This document shows, piece by piece, positions 11,922-23,726 of a DNA stretch of 64,000 bases. Positions within the stretch are counted from its first letter, which is position 1; each line of letters begins with the position of its first letter. The position numbers were made by a program, and so were the translations under genes. This DNA is from an uncultured Nitrososphaerales archaeon (lineage in GTDB: Archaea > Thermoproteota > Nitrososphaeria > Nitrososphaerales > Nitrososphaeraceae). The DNA lies in the NCBI GenBank assembly GCA_963713605.1, contig CAVQMO010000001.1, positions 1,100,802 to 1,164,801 of the forward strand, read 5' to 3'. The notes below the pieces were generated by a model. It did no database searches. It had not been told where the DNA came from and saw nothing but the letters and a program-made list of their open reading frames with translations.

Positions 11922-13205
11922 CTATCTGCTGATTCTGTACACTGCTCCGTCTCTTAGCGAAGTAACATACAGCATCCCATCTGGACCTACCTCTAGATCG
12001 GTTGGAACTCCAAATCCTTCACCGAAGATAATACTTTGAAGCTCAGAGTCTGTATCAGCCACTTTGTCTGCTAACGTCCCGTTTAAGCGCAGTCCAGTTC
12101 TTTCCGAATCTGGCTCAAAATGATATATTCTGCCAAATGCATAATCTCCTACAAACAAATCATTTTTGTAAGAGGGTCCAAATCCATCACTATTGAGAAA
12201 CAAAAGTGCAGTAGGTGCTACAGTCTGATTCCACACAAATTTCGGATCACTATATTTTCCAGTTCCATTAAATGAAACCAATCCACTATAATTAAAGCCA
12301 GGGGGAGCAAATCCAGTTACGTCTTTCCAACCTCCATTAAACTCTGACTCTACTAGGTTAATCTCGTCATTTGTATGCACACCATTTTCGCTGAGCCAAA
12401 GTTTTCCCGTGATAGGATCAAAGTCTATACCAAAACTGTTTCTTATCCCGTACGCAAAGTAGGTTTCCATCTTGGCAGTAGGATCTAACATTCCAGACTC
12501 AACGATTTTACCATCTTGTGTAATTCTGTGGACGCCGCTAGTTCCGTCTGCATAGGGTCCTTTCTCAAAGTTTTGCGCCTTCGTTTCATGTCCCTGTTGA
12601 TTATCGTCCTGGATTTGACCTACTACTAAATAGACGTAATTGTCAGGCCCAACCATGACTGGACCTCCGTTATCCATCGAACCCTGCCCCGCAGGAAAAT
12701 CTAAAAGTAGCTTTGGGTTTATAAGACTACCGCTATCACCCGCTAATTCGTATCGATACAGTCGATTTCCACGTGGGTCACCTTCGTCATCATGTGACGT
12801 CGATGATTCCGAGTAGTACAAAAATACAAAGGTTCTGCTCCCATTTTGGTACGAATCTATACCTATCAACCCTCTAGAATCAGCCGTGGAAACATCTAGG
12901 TCTAATATGGTTTGAGTGATCTCTCCATCAATGACTCTCTTAACCATTCCTGTATCCTCCTCAATGACTAAAAAGTCATCAGGACCCAAAAAAGTTAAGC
13001 CAGTTGGTCTTAACAATCCGTCCACTATCTTCGCCAAGTGGAAATCAGGAGATTCTAGAATTGGTTCTGCTAAGGCCATGCTAACTTCATCGCCTGGTAA
13101 CAGCATCACATAGCAATATGAAACAACTACCACAGCGAAATAAGCAAAGTGGGTCATGAATGCTACCATATATAACAGCCTTATTAGTGCATTTGGTTCC
13201 ATCAT
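11922..13205 (-). CDS. PQQ-dependent glucose/sorbosone dehydrogenase family beta-propeller
   Basis: RGLIGI, YGIRNSFGIDFDP, DEINLV..FNGGW, PTDLEVGPDG motifs. Confidence 0.92.
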   Translation of the reverse strand: MMEPNALIRLLYMVAFMTHFAYFAVVVVSYCYVMLLPGDEVSMALAEPILESPDFHLAKIVDGLLRPTGLTFLGPDDFLVIEEDTGMVKRVIDGEITQTILDLDVSTADSRGLIGIDSYQNGSRTFVFLYYSESSTSHDDEGDPRGNRLYRYELAGDSGSLINPKLLLDFPAGQGSMDNGGPVMVGPDNYVYLVVGQIQDDNQQGHETKAQNFEKGPYADGTSGVHRITQDGKIVESGMLDPTAKMETYFAYGIRNSFGIDFDPITGKLWLSENGVHTNDEINLVESEFNGGWKDVTGFAPPGFNYSGLVSFNGTGKYSDPKFVWNQTVAPTALLFLNSDGFGPSYKNDLFVGDYAFGRIYHFEPDSERTGLRLNGTLADKVADTDSELQSIIFGEGFGVPTDLEVGPDGMLYVTSLRDGAVYRISR

Positions 13206-13697
13206 TTACCCCGATAGATTTCCAATTAGAGGCAGAATGGGCAAATAGGACGTAATTATCTGCTCGATCTGATCTTGCCATCTTTCAGAGAATCTGTGGA
13301 TTTCGTGTAATTTGCTTTTGACAAGGATTAACCGTAGCGTTGATGTAATCTCACTTAATGCAGCAAATTTTCTGGGGCCATAAGTGCGGAACGAACACCT
13401 CTATATTGCTAAAATACTCCAAATACCCGGTGGAAACTTTTGTAACTATCAGCTCCTATAATCTGTTTAGCTACTTTCCTCAATGTGAAAGTGGAGTAGA
13501 TATGAAATCCATCATGGGGATAATAAACGTGAAATGGAAACATAGAAATTATTGTATCCTGGCTAATTCTGAATCACGCATTCCAGCATGGTGCATATTA
13601 TTCTCAAAGAGTCTTAAGTGATAAGGAATAATCTTCATCTAATAGAACTAAAAATAGTATCCCATTTATTGATGGAAAGATCACATGTCATAGTCCA

Positions 13698-14240
13698 ATG
13701 ACATTAAAATTATCAGTAACTGTTGGCGTCGGGATAAGTATCGTGGCATTGATGGACGTATTGATATTTAGTTCATTTAATGAAGAGCAAGCCGCGTTCG
13801 GACTCACACGTGGAACTCCATACGATGATCTTTTGAGCAGCTCCTTGACAGAAGATTCGAATCGGAATGAATTGACTTTTATGGAAACAAATACCACAGA
13901 GGCAGGACCATCTGCCAATAGCAACAGTACATTTATTTATGGTGATCTAGGTAACGATGAAATCAGAGGTTCTAATCAAAGCGACCATTTAGGTGGAGGG
14001 CCAGGAAGTGATGTGATTTATGGCTACAGTGGCGGTGATTACATTCAAGGAGGCCTAGGTATTGATTCTCTGTATGGCGGCGCAGGAGACGATGTCCTCT
14101 CTGGAAGCGAAGGCGCTGACTATTTTGATTGTGGCGAAGGAAGAGACAGCGTAGACGATTTCAAGCCCATGGAAGGAGATTTCTCAGTCGCGAACTGTGA
14201 AATCCTGGAAAACGAAGAAATGCCAGTAGCGATGCGCTGA
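13698..14240 (+). CDS. Secreted RTX/hemolysin-type calcium-binding repeat protein
   Basis: GGxGxD nonapeptide repeats ending DYFDCGEGRD...ANCE. Confidence 0.88.
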   Translation: MTLKLSVTVGVGISIVALMDVLIFSSFNEEQAAFGLTRGTPYDDLLSSSLTEDSNRNELTFMETNTTEAGPSANSNSTFIYGDLGNDEIRGSNQSDHLGGGPGSDVIYGYSGGDYIQGGLGIDSLYGGAGDDVLSGSEGADYFDCGEGRDSVDDFKPMEGDFSVANCEILENEEMPVAMR

Positions 14241-14623
14241 CGAGATGAGACTAACACCTCTCACTTCGCCTTGCACATGACGTACATACAATAAGCGATT
14301 TAGTGATTCCTAAGTCACTTATTAGGATGAATTTACTGCAATCGAGGTTTATTCCAATTCTGAAACAGGCATCGAGATTTATTCCAATTCTGTAGAACAA
14401 CTAATATTCGTCTATGGACATGTTTGGGTGGCAAGTCTCGCATGTTCCGAAATTCCTGCTACTCGCAAGAGTAGCTTATCCTGCTAACCCAACATATCGT
14501 AATTCATGTTCCCCCGAACGATGTTACAAATGAAACTGAAAATATGCGCTACAGAAGAAGCTAAAATATAGTTCCTTTATTGGGCATTCTTTTCCAAGAG
14601 GGTTGCTGCTGCACTCTAAATAA

Positions 14624-15853
14624 TTATACGGTGACTGTATGTGCCTTTCTTCTCCCTACGACTTTGTGATATAACGCGATATGTTCCTTGGCAACTTGCT
14701 CCCAATTTATTTTCACCCTGAATTCATTAACCTTGTCGATATATTTATCATAATTCTTGTCCAGGTATACCATTGCATCCGAGAATTCTTTTGGATTCCG
14801 ACCAACCGCGATGCCTAATCCTCGCGATGCGAATTCAACAAAGAATCCTAAACGTGAGGCGATAAAGGGCAGGCCGTACGACAATGCGTCGAACATGATT
14901 CCAGATCCCGAGCTAACCTTGTAAGGTAAAATGACTGCATCTGCACATGAAAATAACTCACATAGCTGCTTTTCGTTCAGGTAATCTCTGTGTAAATCAA
15001 TCAAGTTCTTTTTACCCGCGCCAATAGTGTAGTCTTCATGGCTATATTCATTCTTAGAAGCATTGATGACAATAGTCCAACCTTGAGGTATGTCCATTTT
15101 TTCAATAACATCCCAACCTTTGGTCGCCGTCGCGTAACCGAGTGCCAAAGCAACTCGACCATCGACTGGGATAGAATATGACTTCCTCAGATCACACTTG
15201 TTTCGATTTGTTGTAAAATCTTGTTTTTCAGCGCCATGGAATATCACATTACATTCCTTCTTTCCTAGGGTCCAGCTAATGTAGTGAGAGAATGCTATTC
15301 CAGCGGCGCTCTGTTCGAGTTTCTTTTTGTTCAATTTCTGAAAAGATTGATAATTAGTTAATCTCACCCAGAAGCTGATCATCCGTTTTACCTTCTTAAC
15401 TAAGTAACTGTCATTTTGGCGTTCATAGCTCGGGATAGGCAGATTCATCCACTGCTTGAAAGGGTACGCTGAATGGAAAGTCGTTACTATCGGCACATTG
15501 CATGATTTGTAAAATGCGTCAATATTTGTACTGGTCCTCGCCGGATTAATCAAGTCAAGGCTCAAACCATATAACCCAGGCTCATACTGAACATGTACAA
15601 TATCAGGTTTTAATCGTTTGATTAGCGCTAATAATATTTCAGAATTCCTTGGATTGTGCTGAGCAATTCCAGTAAGCTCTCCATCTCCTCGCTTATCACA
15701 CACAACCTGAACCATAAGTCCCATCTGAACCAATTTTTCTTTGAGATGAAAAGTATAACGACCTACACCGCCAGCCATAGGGGGGTACTCTGCCGAAACA
15801 AGCAGAATTGATAAAGGTTGGTTCTCGTGACCAGGTTCGACGAGCATATCCAA
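14624..15853 (-). CDS. Glycosyltransferase family 4
   Basis: EYPPMAGGVGRY, PDIVHVQ, ADAVILPY..SGSG..DALSYGLPFIAS. Confidence 0.92.
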   Translation of the reverse strand: MDMLVEPGHENQPLSILLVSAEYPPMAGGVGRYTFHLKEKLVQMGLMVQVVCDKRGDGELTGIAQHNPRNSEILLALIKRLKPDIVHVQYEPGLYGLSLDLINPARTSTNIDAFYKSCNVPIVTTFHSAYPFKQWMNLPIPSYERQNDSYLVKKVKRMISFWVRLTNYQSFQKLNKKKLEQSAAGIAFSHYISWTLGKKECNVIFHGAEKQDFTTNRNKCDLRKSYSIPVDGRVALALGYATATKGWDVIEKMDIPQGWTIVINASKNEYSHEDYTIGAGKKNLIDLHRDYLNEKQLCELFSCADAVILPYKVSSGSGIMFDALSYGLPFIASRLGFFVEFASRGLGIAVGRNPKEFSDAMVYLDKNYDKYIDKVNEFRVKINWEQVAKEHIALYHKVVGRRKAHTVTV

Positions 15854-15962
15854 CTAGTATATATGTATCCCCATTATTATGCATATCTTAATTAGAACAT
15901 AATCGTCTATACATATTGAACATAAGTATTATATATAAAATAGTTTTTAGTGTCAGATTATA

Positions 15963-16238
15963 ATGCCAACAAAGTACATGACGACGCTCATGACGCTAGG
16001 TATGAGCTCGGTTAGCCTCATCGTAAATGGGTCCAATTTAGGCAAGGGACAGAGGCTGGAATTAATTGTGAGGGACGACGGAATATATATTCCACTGACA
16101 GAGCAGGATCCACCAGCCAAAGCGTACAATCAGGCAGAAGTAACATGGAAGAAAAGTCATGGCTCATGTTTAGCGTTACCCTCATCATGGATATTCGGTA
16201 GTGAACTCTTATTTGATGGAATTCTATTAGTCTCGTGA
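15963..16238 (+). CDS. Possible AbrB/SpoVT-like small DNA-binding protein, perhaps decayed
   Basis: TLG.SSVSL...NLGKGQRLELIVRDDGIYI resembles a swapped hairpin. Confidence 0.4.
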   Translation: MPTKYMTTLMTLGMSSVSLIVNGSNLGKGQRLELIVRDDGIYIPLTEQDPPAKAYNQAEVTWKKSHGSCLALPSSWIFGSELLFDGILLVS

Positions 16239-16537
16239 CAGCAGAGAAAGGAAAAGAAATTTGAAAACGTAGTAGTGAAGGTCACAAGGAAGCAAAAACA
16301 GAAAGGATCGAGCCTTCGCTAAGTACAGATGGAGCCAGACAGTATTTGGGAGAAATATCGGCAGAAGTGAAAAAAACTAGGAGACAGTAAGGATCATCCT
16401 TAGGAACTACCCAAATTGGGATAAATTACCTATTTGCAATATCAAATTACAGAACCATCGATTTGCTATTTGTAACTTAAATTGAAGAGCACAAATCCAA
16501 CAGTCCTGAATTAATAGCAGTTGAAAAGACTGACCGG

Positions 16538-16753
16538 CTATTGAGGAGGCTTATTAAAATGGCCAATAATTTGCTTATTTCTCACCAAAACACAGCATAC
16601 ACATCTTATTCGTTTACATGCCTTGGATTCTGTATGCTTACAGACTGAACAACTGCAACTTGTCCTTACTTCTGTGCCCAGCTTTGAGGAAAGTGTGTCA
16701 TCTTCGGACAAGTGTCGATTTACTCCCGAGACCTGACTACCCCGTATAACCAA
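16538..16753 (-). CDS. Small Cys-rich putative metal-binding protein
   Basis: CSCSVCKH....C....CVCC cluster. Confidence 0.45.
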   Translation of the reverse strand: MVIRGSQVSGVNRHLSEDDTLSSKLGTEVRTSCSCSVCKHTESKACKRIRCVCCVLVRNKQIIGHFNKPPQ

Positions 16754-16944
16754 TATGTAAAAAGGGCCACGCCGGCAATTATTAGTGCCAGACTGAGTAA
16801 GGCGGAACGCAACGTCAATACCGTCGCACCTAATAAGAATAATGCAATACTCAGAACAAGAATCCAGCGTTGCTGAGTTGACGCGTCGGAACTCATTTCA
16901 TTTTCATCACTATTTAGTGCAGTAGCAGTCTTAAAGGTATTCAC
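16720..16944 (-). CDS. Small two-TM membrane protein
   Basis: Two hydrophobic helices; start overlaps the upstream stop. Confidence 0.55.
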   Translation of the reverse strand: MNTFKTATALNSDENEMSSDASTQQRWILVLSIALFLLGATVLTLRSALLSLALIIAGVALFTYWLYGVVRSRE

Positions 16945-17294
16945 TTGTTTGCTGAATGAAAATCATCCAACGGCTTCATCTCTGCTTGCAATTCAGCGAA
17001 TAATCGTAGATATTGAAGACCTTTTTCTGTGATTGCGTAAAACTGATGTCCATCTGCTTGGATGGAATTTACCAGATTCAATCTTAGTAAAAGACTCCTG
17101 TACCTCTGGAACTGATGCCATGTTAGACAACAGTCATATACAATGTCTATTGGTTTGCACCTTTTTCGATTTCGATTTAGACTTGTGCTGGTATTAGGGG
17201 AAGAAACGAACTTAAGGATTTCGTTGATAATTTCATATTCACTCCTATGCGATTCTCTATGACCATGCCTCGTATGCTTTTGGATTACTTCCAC
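16941..17294 (-). CDS. Archaeal winged-helix transcription regulator
   Basis: RSEYEII..IL and YAITEKGLQYL; similar to 24337..24630. Confidence 0.8.
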   Translation of the reverse strand: MEVIQKHTRHGHRESHRSEYEIINEILKFVSSPNTSTSLNRNRKRCKPIDIVYDCCLTWHQFQRYRSLLLRLNLVNSIQADGHQFYAITEKGLQYLRLFAELQAEMKPLDDFHSANK

Positions 17295-17774
17295 CGTACT
17301 CCACAGTAGTATCTCTTTTCAGTATTTTACTTTAATTTAATTTACTTTTCTCACTGCAAAAAGTCTGACTCACTAGTGATTTGAAATTAACGCGCTTAAT
17401 TTCATTTTTTAGAGTAGCATTGAGAATTTCAGCGATAAATTCAGTCTTCGTTCTATGGCGAGAGAAGTGTCTCAACTTGTAACATTACTCTCAAACTTTT
17501 CATATATTTGATTAGGGATCAGGTCGGTGAATTTGCGACTGTGTCTGATGTCTAGGCTTACAACTTAAAGGCATTTGGTTTAGAGAAGGACTGAGGTGTC
17601 TGCCGATTGCGTTACTTAATGAGTTAATGTAATACAATGTAATCAAAGCGATTATAGGCGATTATTGGTAATAATAAAAGGACAAATGTCAATTGCTAAC
17701 TTTAAGTCGAATTTATATCTGATGACATTTTCAGATACAGATTCAATTAGTCTTCGTAAGGAATATGATAGTTT

Positions 17775-18614
17775 ATGGCATTAGTTAGCGGCAGAAGTAA
17801 TGGAGACGATAGAGATGGGAATTTTGAGAATGTAGTTAGCGATAAGAGAGGAAGAAATTACGTCTACATCGGGACCATCTTTACGATATTTGTGATGCTG
17901 GCGATGGCATACTTAGCTATCTCGACGTTCTTTGGATCGTTCTTACCATTTAAGGGATTAGATGGAATTACAGATCGTCTGCCTTTCTATGATAATACCT
18001 ACAATGACGCGGAATTTGAGGGATATTCAGGTAGAGAAGTTATTCTTATATGTTGTTCATGGGGACAAGAACTCGCAGATGGAGATCTAACTTACTTCAT
18101 AGGAAATTATATGATTGACGAAGGTGGGTACGATAAAAGATTTGAGGTTGATGGGTCTTCAGTAGAAGCGGTAACTAAAGCATTTGAGGAATGGGATTCG
18201 AAGATAGAAGGGTTGACATTTACTGAAACTCCAACGAGGAGGGGTGCTGATATAGAAATATACATTCGAGAAGGCCAGAATGAAAAAGCCGGAATTACCA
18301 ACAACTACTATGATTACTACGGCTTTATGACAAAATCCTATGTACTAATTTCAAGGGGTGCATTTGGATTTGCGTTCAGCGACAATCAGTTGGAGCAAAT
18401 AGCAAAACATGAGATTGGACATGTTCTCGGGTTGGGGCATGCAAATTTTGATGGCAATTTAATGGCAGCTCAGGTTAATCGCGGAACCGGCTCTGTTTCA
18501 GGCTGCGATGTCCAGGCTGTGCACACCGCAAACGAGTGGTGGTTTGAAAAACCTACAGGGAACCAACCGTTGTATATTAGACAGCCAACGACAGATCACA
18601 TAGACTGCAGATAA
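17775..18614 (+). CDS. Membrane-anchored matrixin (M10-like) zinc metalloprotease
   Basis: HEIGHVLGLGH plus Met-turn (NLM); N-terminal TM. Confidence 0.92.
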   Translation: MALVSGRSNGDDRDGNFENVVSDKRGRNYVYIGTIFTIFVMLAMAYLAISTFFGSFLPFKGLDGITDRLPFYDNTYNDAEFEGYSGREVILICCSWGQELADGDLTYFIGNYMIDEGGYDKRFEVDGSSVEAVTKAFEEWDSKIEGLTFTETPTRRGADIEIYIREGQNEKAGITNNYYDYYGFMTKSYVLISRGAFGFAFSDNQLEQIAKHEIGHVLGLGHANFDGNLMAAQVNRGTGSVSGCDVQAVHTANEWWFEKPTGNQPLYIRQPTTDHIDCR

Positions 18615-18895
18615 CCAGAGCATAAGAGAAATTTGTATCGGTACTCAATCAATCTTCATATCTAGAGAATAAATGGGTTGCAATGTAAAATTAATGGCTG
18701 AGCTATCTGGCAGCACTTCAATAATTCAAGGGAGGTTGATAGCAAACAAGAAGGAAGAATGTTAAAGATATGTAAATTCCTCTACTTTGAATTCAATAAT
18801 TGTGCACATCTATAATTATAATGTCAAAAATCAGACTCGTTTAACATTAATTTTGGTGAGACTCTTATCAAATTGCCTATCGGGATTTTCAATTT

Positions 18896-19162
18896 TCAGA
18901 GGCTCCTAGTCCCGCAACTGTAGCAATAGGCATCGTCATTGTTGATTGCAGAGTTGCACCTGGAGCAAACCTTTAAAATTTGAGAAGGAGGGACAACCAT
19001 GCCTCGCCAGCAATCTTGGCAGAATGTCCGAGAAGCTGGATTCTTTCTACCACAAAATCTACAATAAATATTGTTAGGACTCGTGTCGGAGTATTCCTTT
19101 TTCCCTACTTTACGATTGGTTATGAAATTACTAATTTTGCCAAGGAAGCTGGGCAATAACAA
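18896..19162 (-). CDS. Double zinc-ribbon protein
   Basis: Four CxxC pairs. Confidence 0.8.
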   Translation of the reverse strand: MLLPSFLGKISNFITNRKVGKKEYSDTSPNNIYCRFCGRKNPASRTFCQDCWRGMVVPPSQILKVCSRCNSAINNDDAYCYSCGTRSL

Positions 19163-19680
19163 TATATAGAATTACCAGAAGATAAGGATACAATAATAAG
19201 ATAAATGACGGTAAGTAAAGCACGAGGGCAGGACCAACTGGTTCTACTAAACTGCATAAGGGACAACCCCTTGGCGGCGCTTGCTAATTGGCTGAGCTAG
19301 TTGGTTAGCTACACATGTTTTATGATCTAACCATTAGATAGTGATGTAGAGTGGGTTCCCTTATCAGTATAGAATTGAATGATGCCCCATAGGGTTAAGG
19401 TTAGCTCAGAAGATTGTTATCTACAAAATACACCTAAATTACTAGCAATTGCGTATTGCGCTGGGTTCCTTATGCATATAACTAATACTAAATTTCAACT
19501 GCGGAATTTATTATTCCCAATCGGATCCTTAATCTAAGGATCCGAACCATCCCAAATCAAGGTTTGACAGGATTTAGAATTAACAAATAACAAGCCTCGA
19601 CAAATAGGAAGACCAGACAATTTCTAATGAGGATTAATTAGGAAGCATATATAAGTTCTGCAAAGTACATTGTTAGTACT

Positions 19681-20160
19681 TTGAGAATCTCATTTAGAGT
19701 AACTAGCATATTGACTATTTACATAGTAGGTACAGTCCTGCTCATAGCACTCTCAGTAAATGACATCACCGGCATTGACATCAACATTTACGGTAACGAT
19801 ATCTCGAACACTACTTCTTCAAAAACAGCTTCTAGTGAACTAAGGCCTGAGAACGGAGGCAGCAATGCATCTAGTCAGAGAACGCATAGCGATCTCATAA
19901 GAAGCTGTAGTACTTTTCGAGGGATACTTTCAACAGATATGGCATTCTCGTGCGATTACTCTATGCTGTATTACAAGGGACAATGCGAGCAATATTCTTC
20001 ATTATTGAAGCAGAATGAAACTGAAGCCATGCTGGCGGCTAAGAATGACCTTTCGTTTTGCTCAGATCCGAGGATTGATATATATATACAAGAGCATGGC
20101 TTGACTGATGCTCCTCGATCTCCTACGTTGGTTCCCGGTTATGAGTCTCCAATTGCCTGA
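19681..20160 (+). CDS. Secreted Cys-containing hypothetical protein
   Basis: Signal peptide, four Cys, CSDPRI motif. Confidence 0.65.
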   Translation: MRISFRVTSILTIYIVGTVLLIALSVNDITGIDINIYGNDISNTTSSKTASSELRPENGGSNASSQRTHSDLIRSCSTFRGILSTDMAFSCDYSMLYYKGQCEQYSSLLKQNETEAMLAAKNDLSFCSDPRIDIYIQEHGLTDAPRSPTLVPGYESPIA

Positions 20161-20700
20161 ATTCTTATAGGGCGTCGCTTATAATATACTGTTCTTGCAC
20201 TCAGGATTGAAGAGAAAGATGACTCCAGGCTGCACCAATGAATGTGATGAATTTTAAGGCTGAGGCTGCAGTTAGGGATGCTTGCTTTACTGGAAATCTA
20301 AGACCATATACTTCTGAGCTCTTTTGCAATACAGGACTATCGGGACTTTACAATAAGATCGTCTAACCGTGTGGTCTAGATATTCTTATATACACGTATG
20401 TAGAATAAACCAGGAAAGATGACTAAGATTGAAAGTGAAAATAGCAAATTAGTAGTCTTAAGAAATAAGACTAATGAAGGGTATTTCGTAAGGGATATCC
20501 CAGCTAATAGTATTTTGAATCATCATCATCATCATCATTTTCAGTTTCTTGTTATTTAGTTCGACTGAACTAGAAATATGGATTGTAATATTACAGTGTT
20601 AGGAGACCTAAAGTAAACAGGTAGTTGTTGGCGTCGAGTTCAAAGATGAATATGAGGAGTTAAATTGTAGTTTTGCAATTATGACAATAGGAAATTAGAA

Positions 20701-21207
20701 GTGGTCGCATCAGCTATATTTGCTTCACGGACCGTAGCATTGGCTGTGGCTATAATGATGATTACTTTAGTGCTAGTGTCGATGGTGCTGGTACAAACTT
20801 TTCCGGCTGTGAAAACATTTGCACAGGATCAATCGATGAATGAGCCTGAGGCCCTCCAAACTAATGGCCTTTTATTACAAGGAGTAAATGCAACTGCTCC
20901 AGCCGGAAGAGAGGAAGACATTTACAGCATACCTGCTGAAGGCGATATCTACCGTATCACGGGGGAGGTCTTAAATAATGATACCGTTCGTTTTAGCAGC
21001 GTGCGAGTATCAGCAGTACTACTTGATAGTAACGGTCAAACCATAGGTGAAGGTTCCGCGCATACCTCACCCTCAGGCATTCAACCAGGTGCAATGGTTT
21101 CATTTGAAATCAATGTTTTCAATACTTCAGTGAAAGGGGGCATCAGCGCGATTAGCGATTTTACATTGCACGTAAATGGTAATCGGCAAGCGCTGACATT
21201 TCGATGA
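20701..21207 (+). CDS. FxLYD-domain secreted protein
   Basis: ITGEVLN...VRVSAVLLDSNG...IQPG..SF. Confidence 0.8.
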   Translation: MVASAIFASRTVALAVAIMMITLVLVSMVLVQTFPAVKTFAQDQSMNEPEALQTNGLLLQGVNATAPAGREEDIYSIPAEGDIYRITGEVLNNDTVRFSSVRVSAVLLDSNGQTIGEGSAHTSPSGIQPGAMVSFEINVFNTSVKGGISAISDFTLHVNGNRQALTFR

Positions 21208-21648
21208 AGCCTTCAATAGATCATCAGCGTTTGAATACTGTTGTTGTACTACAACTAGATGGCTAGATTTTAGTTTAAAGAGGACCAGTTTAAGTAGTTC
21301 AACACAGTAAGTATAGCGTAGAGTACAAAAGAAGAAAAATGGTATTATAATCAGATAAGTAGTCAATCCAAATATGATAGTGTTCCAATGAATGGTATAC
21401 ACTTTCTTGTGAGTGGTTGTTCTGTGATCATTCAATGTATTCTAACATCGACTACATCGTTGCCATATCTGTTCCTGAGCTTGCCCTGCCAAATCAAAGG
21501 CAAGCCTACTCGCATGATTTATCCATCCAACCCCAGGTATTTGACTATGGATTAAGCAGTTTGTTATCGGTCATATTTAAAATGTAAAAGGAGCAAATTG
21601 TATCGATTACTACCAGACTTTTACATATTCGAATAATACACTAAATGT

Positions 21649-22128
21649 TTACCCAACTTCGATATCTCCTCCAGGAATCACTGCATATCTGCTTACGATT
21701 TCGTTGCCGAGATCCGATCTAACACTAAATGATGAATTTTCTCCCGGCGCCAATATAATGAATCTCGCATTTTCGGTAGAGGATGTGATCAATGTGTTAT
21801 TGTTATCATAAAATTGTACTGTTACTTCTGCGGAATTTATGGTATTATTGGATTTATTGATGAGAGTCCCATTTACGATGGTGAACAATACATCTTCAGA
21901 AAATGTGTGGTTAGTTATTTCCAAATATTTAGTATTAAGTGCATCTCCCGTGGGAGTACTTGTAATGTTAGATACTCCTGATGCTGGCAAGGTGGTTGAG
22001 TTACTGCTACTCAATACCATACCGATAGCGGAGAATTCAATTGAATATAGTAAAAAAATTGCCAAAGCAAAGATGATTGCTAGAGAACCCATTGCGCAAA
22101 CCGATTTTTCATTTGTTGACTGTTTCAC
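21649..22128 (-). CDS. FxLYD-domain secreted protein
   Basis: VNGTLIN...VTVQFYDNN...LAPGENSSF. Confidence 0.82.
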   Translation of the reverse strand: MKQSTNEKSVCAMGSLAIIFALAIFLLYSIEFSAIGMVLSSSNSTTLPASGVSNITSTPTGDALNTKYLEITNHTFSEDVLFTIVNGTLINKSNNTINSAEVTVQFYDNNNTLITSSTENARFIILAPGENSSFSVRSDLGNEIVSRYAVIPGGDIEVG

Positions 22129-22449
22129 AGCCCAGAATAGTCATCCTACTATATATGGATTTGATTGGGCAAACATAGTCGCAGGCTTTTTGAATTAAAC
22201 TATTGAAATTCTATCTCAAGATGCTTCTTGAGTCCACTGGGCTAGAAATGGATTGTCATAGCAGGTAATAACTGTCAATATGAAATGATTAGAGTAACAG
22301 TAGATAGAAAGATTTGTTTATAGCTACGAATTCTATGAGTGCTAACGTCATAAGGGGACGTCGTTGCCCTGGAGTTGAAATATTACATAGACCTGAAACT
22401 GAAAAAATAGTTTGTATTATATCGGGGGACCAACTCCATTACAAGAGAG

Positions 22450-22899
22450 ATGACGTATACGCTCATATTTGGTAATAACTTCATTTCGGATAACCCCAAA
22501 TCTGTCACGTGCAATGGTACTACTCTTTTCAGTTTAGGCGAGGATACCGACGGACCTCATTTGACAGCAAAGTTGATTGACCTCTCTGCAAATAATGTGA
22601 AACTTAGTATCGATAAAAATCACTGTACCTTTTGTGCATATGATTTAATCTTAAAGAAGAATGCGCGTAGTCATATCCTCATTGACAATAAGGAGGGAGA
22701 AAATGTGATACAGTCAAGAATTCTCGATGCGTCAACGATCTTCGTTAGTGGAATGTTTGCTATAAAAAATTCGGTATTATTAGTGGTTACCCAAAATTAT
22801 ATCATATCTCCAAGCGGGAAAAAAATCATGCATAGCAGAATTTGTGCGAGAAATGGCTCAATATCAATAACCAATAATGGGATCGTATCCGAGACCTAA
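22450..22899 (+). CDS. Hypothetical beta-rich protein
   Basis: 149-aa ATG ORF with upstream TTATAT box; no recognised motif. Confidence 0.6.
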   Translation: MTYTLIFGNNFISDNPKSVTCNGTTLFSLGEDTDGPHLTAKLIDLSANNVKLSIDKNHCTFCAYDLILKKNARSHILIDNKEGENVIQSRILDASTIFVSGMFAIKNSVLLVVTQNYIISPSGKKIMHSRICARNGSISITNNGIVSET

Positions 22900-23327
22900 A
22901 TGCTAGTTAACCTATACTTAATCTTAACGTCCCCTGTGCCTTGTCAAGGTCTTTTGGATTTTAAACTTGGGATATTCATCTAGCTCTAATTATAGACACT
23001 AATTGTTGATCATGCTTAACTTTAAACCAAGACCCCTTGACCTTTCTTAGAGCAGGATTGCCTTTTCCCATGAGGCATTAACCACACGTCCGTTTTTGCT
23101 TGGAATTAATGAGAAGGGGGGAAAACATTAGCTTTATGCCAATAGAGGGAGGAAATCCTGGTGATCCAAAAAAATGGAAAAGTTTAGGCTTCATCCCTCA
23201 AAAAGGGCTCAGACCTTTGTATTTTGAATCATAGAGGGAATAATAATTTAAATATGGACATCATACAGTAATGTAATATAATAATGGTGTTTAATCATGA
23301 CCGGACCGTTATGGTGCTAAAAATGAA

Positions 23328-23726
23328 ATGATGCCTCTCTCAGATATCTTCTCTGTTCTTTCCGACAATGACTCTTTAAAGATAATTCAAATGATTGTCG
23401 ATCACCGCGATCCCAAAATTACCGACTTTGACAGTCCTAAACGATATTACACCAGGCTCTCAAAACTAAAGAATGCACTTATTATTAAAAGGAAGGGGAA
23501 GTCCTTCGAGATTACGGCATTTGGATCGGTAATATATGACATGATCCAGACGGTTCAGCTCACTCATGATCTTCACTGGAAGCTGCAGGTTATAGATGCC
23601 ATTGGTGATCGGGTCCCTGAGGTAGAGCGTCAGCAGATCATAGAGTCATTGATACCAGACAAGTCTATCAGAAAGACATTAATAGAAACAAGACTAGCAC
23701 CCTTGTCTCCGATGAAAGTTGACTGA
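23328..23726 (+). CDS. Winged-helix (ArsR-like) protein
   Basis: IFSVLSD..SLKI, KRYYTRLSKL, FEITAFG. Confidence 0.75.
   Translation: MMPLSDIFSVLSDNDSLKIIQMIVDHRDPKITDFDSPKRYYTRLSKLKNALIIKRKGKSFEITAFGSVIYDMIQTVQLTHDLHWKLQVIDAIGDRVPEVERQQIIESLIPDKSIRKTLIETRLAPLSPMKVD

Noticed and set aside
20519..20538. (CAT)n microsatellite as a phase-variation switch
   Set aside because: Short, intergenic, and not in a recognisable promoter or ORF.
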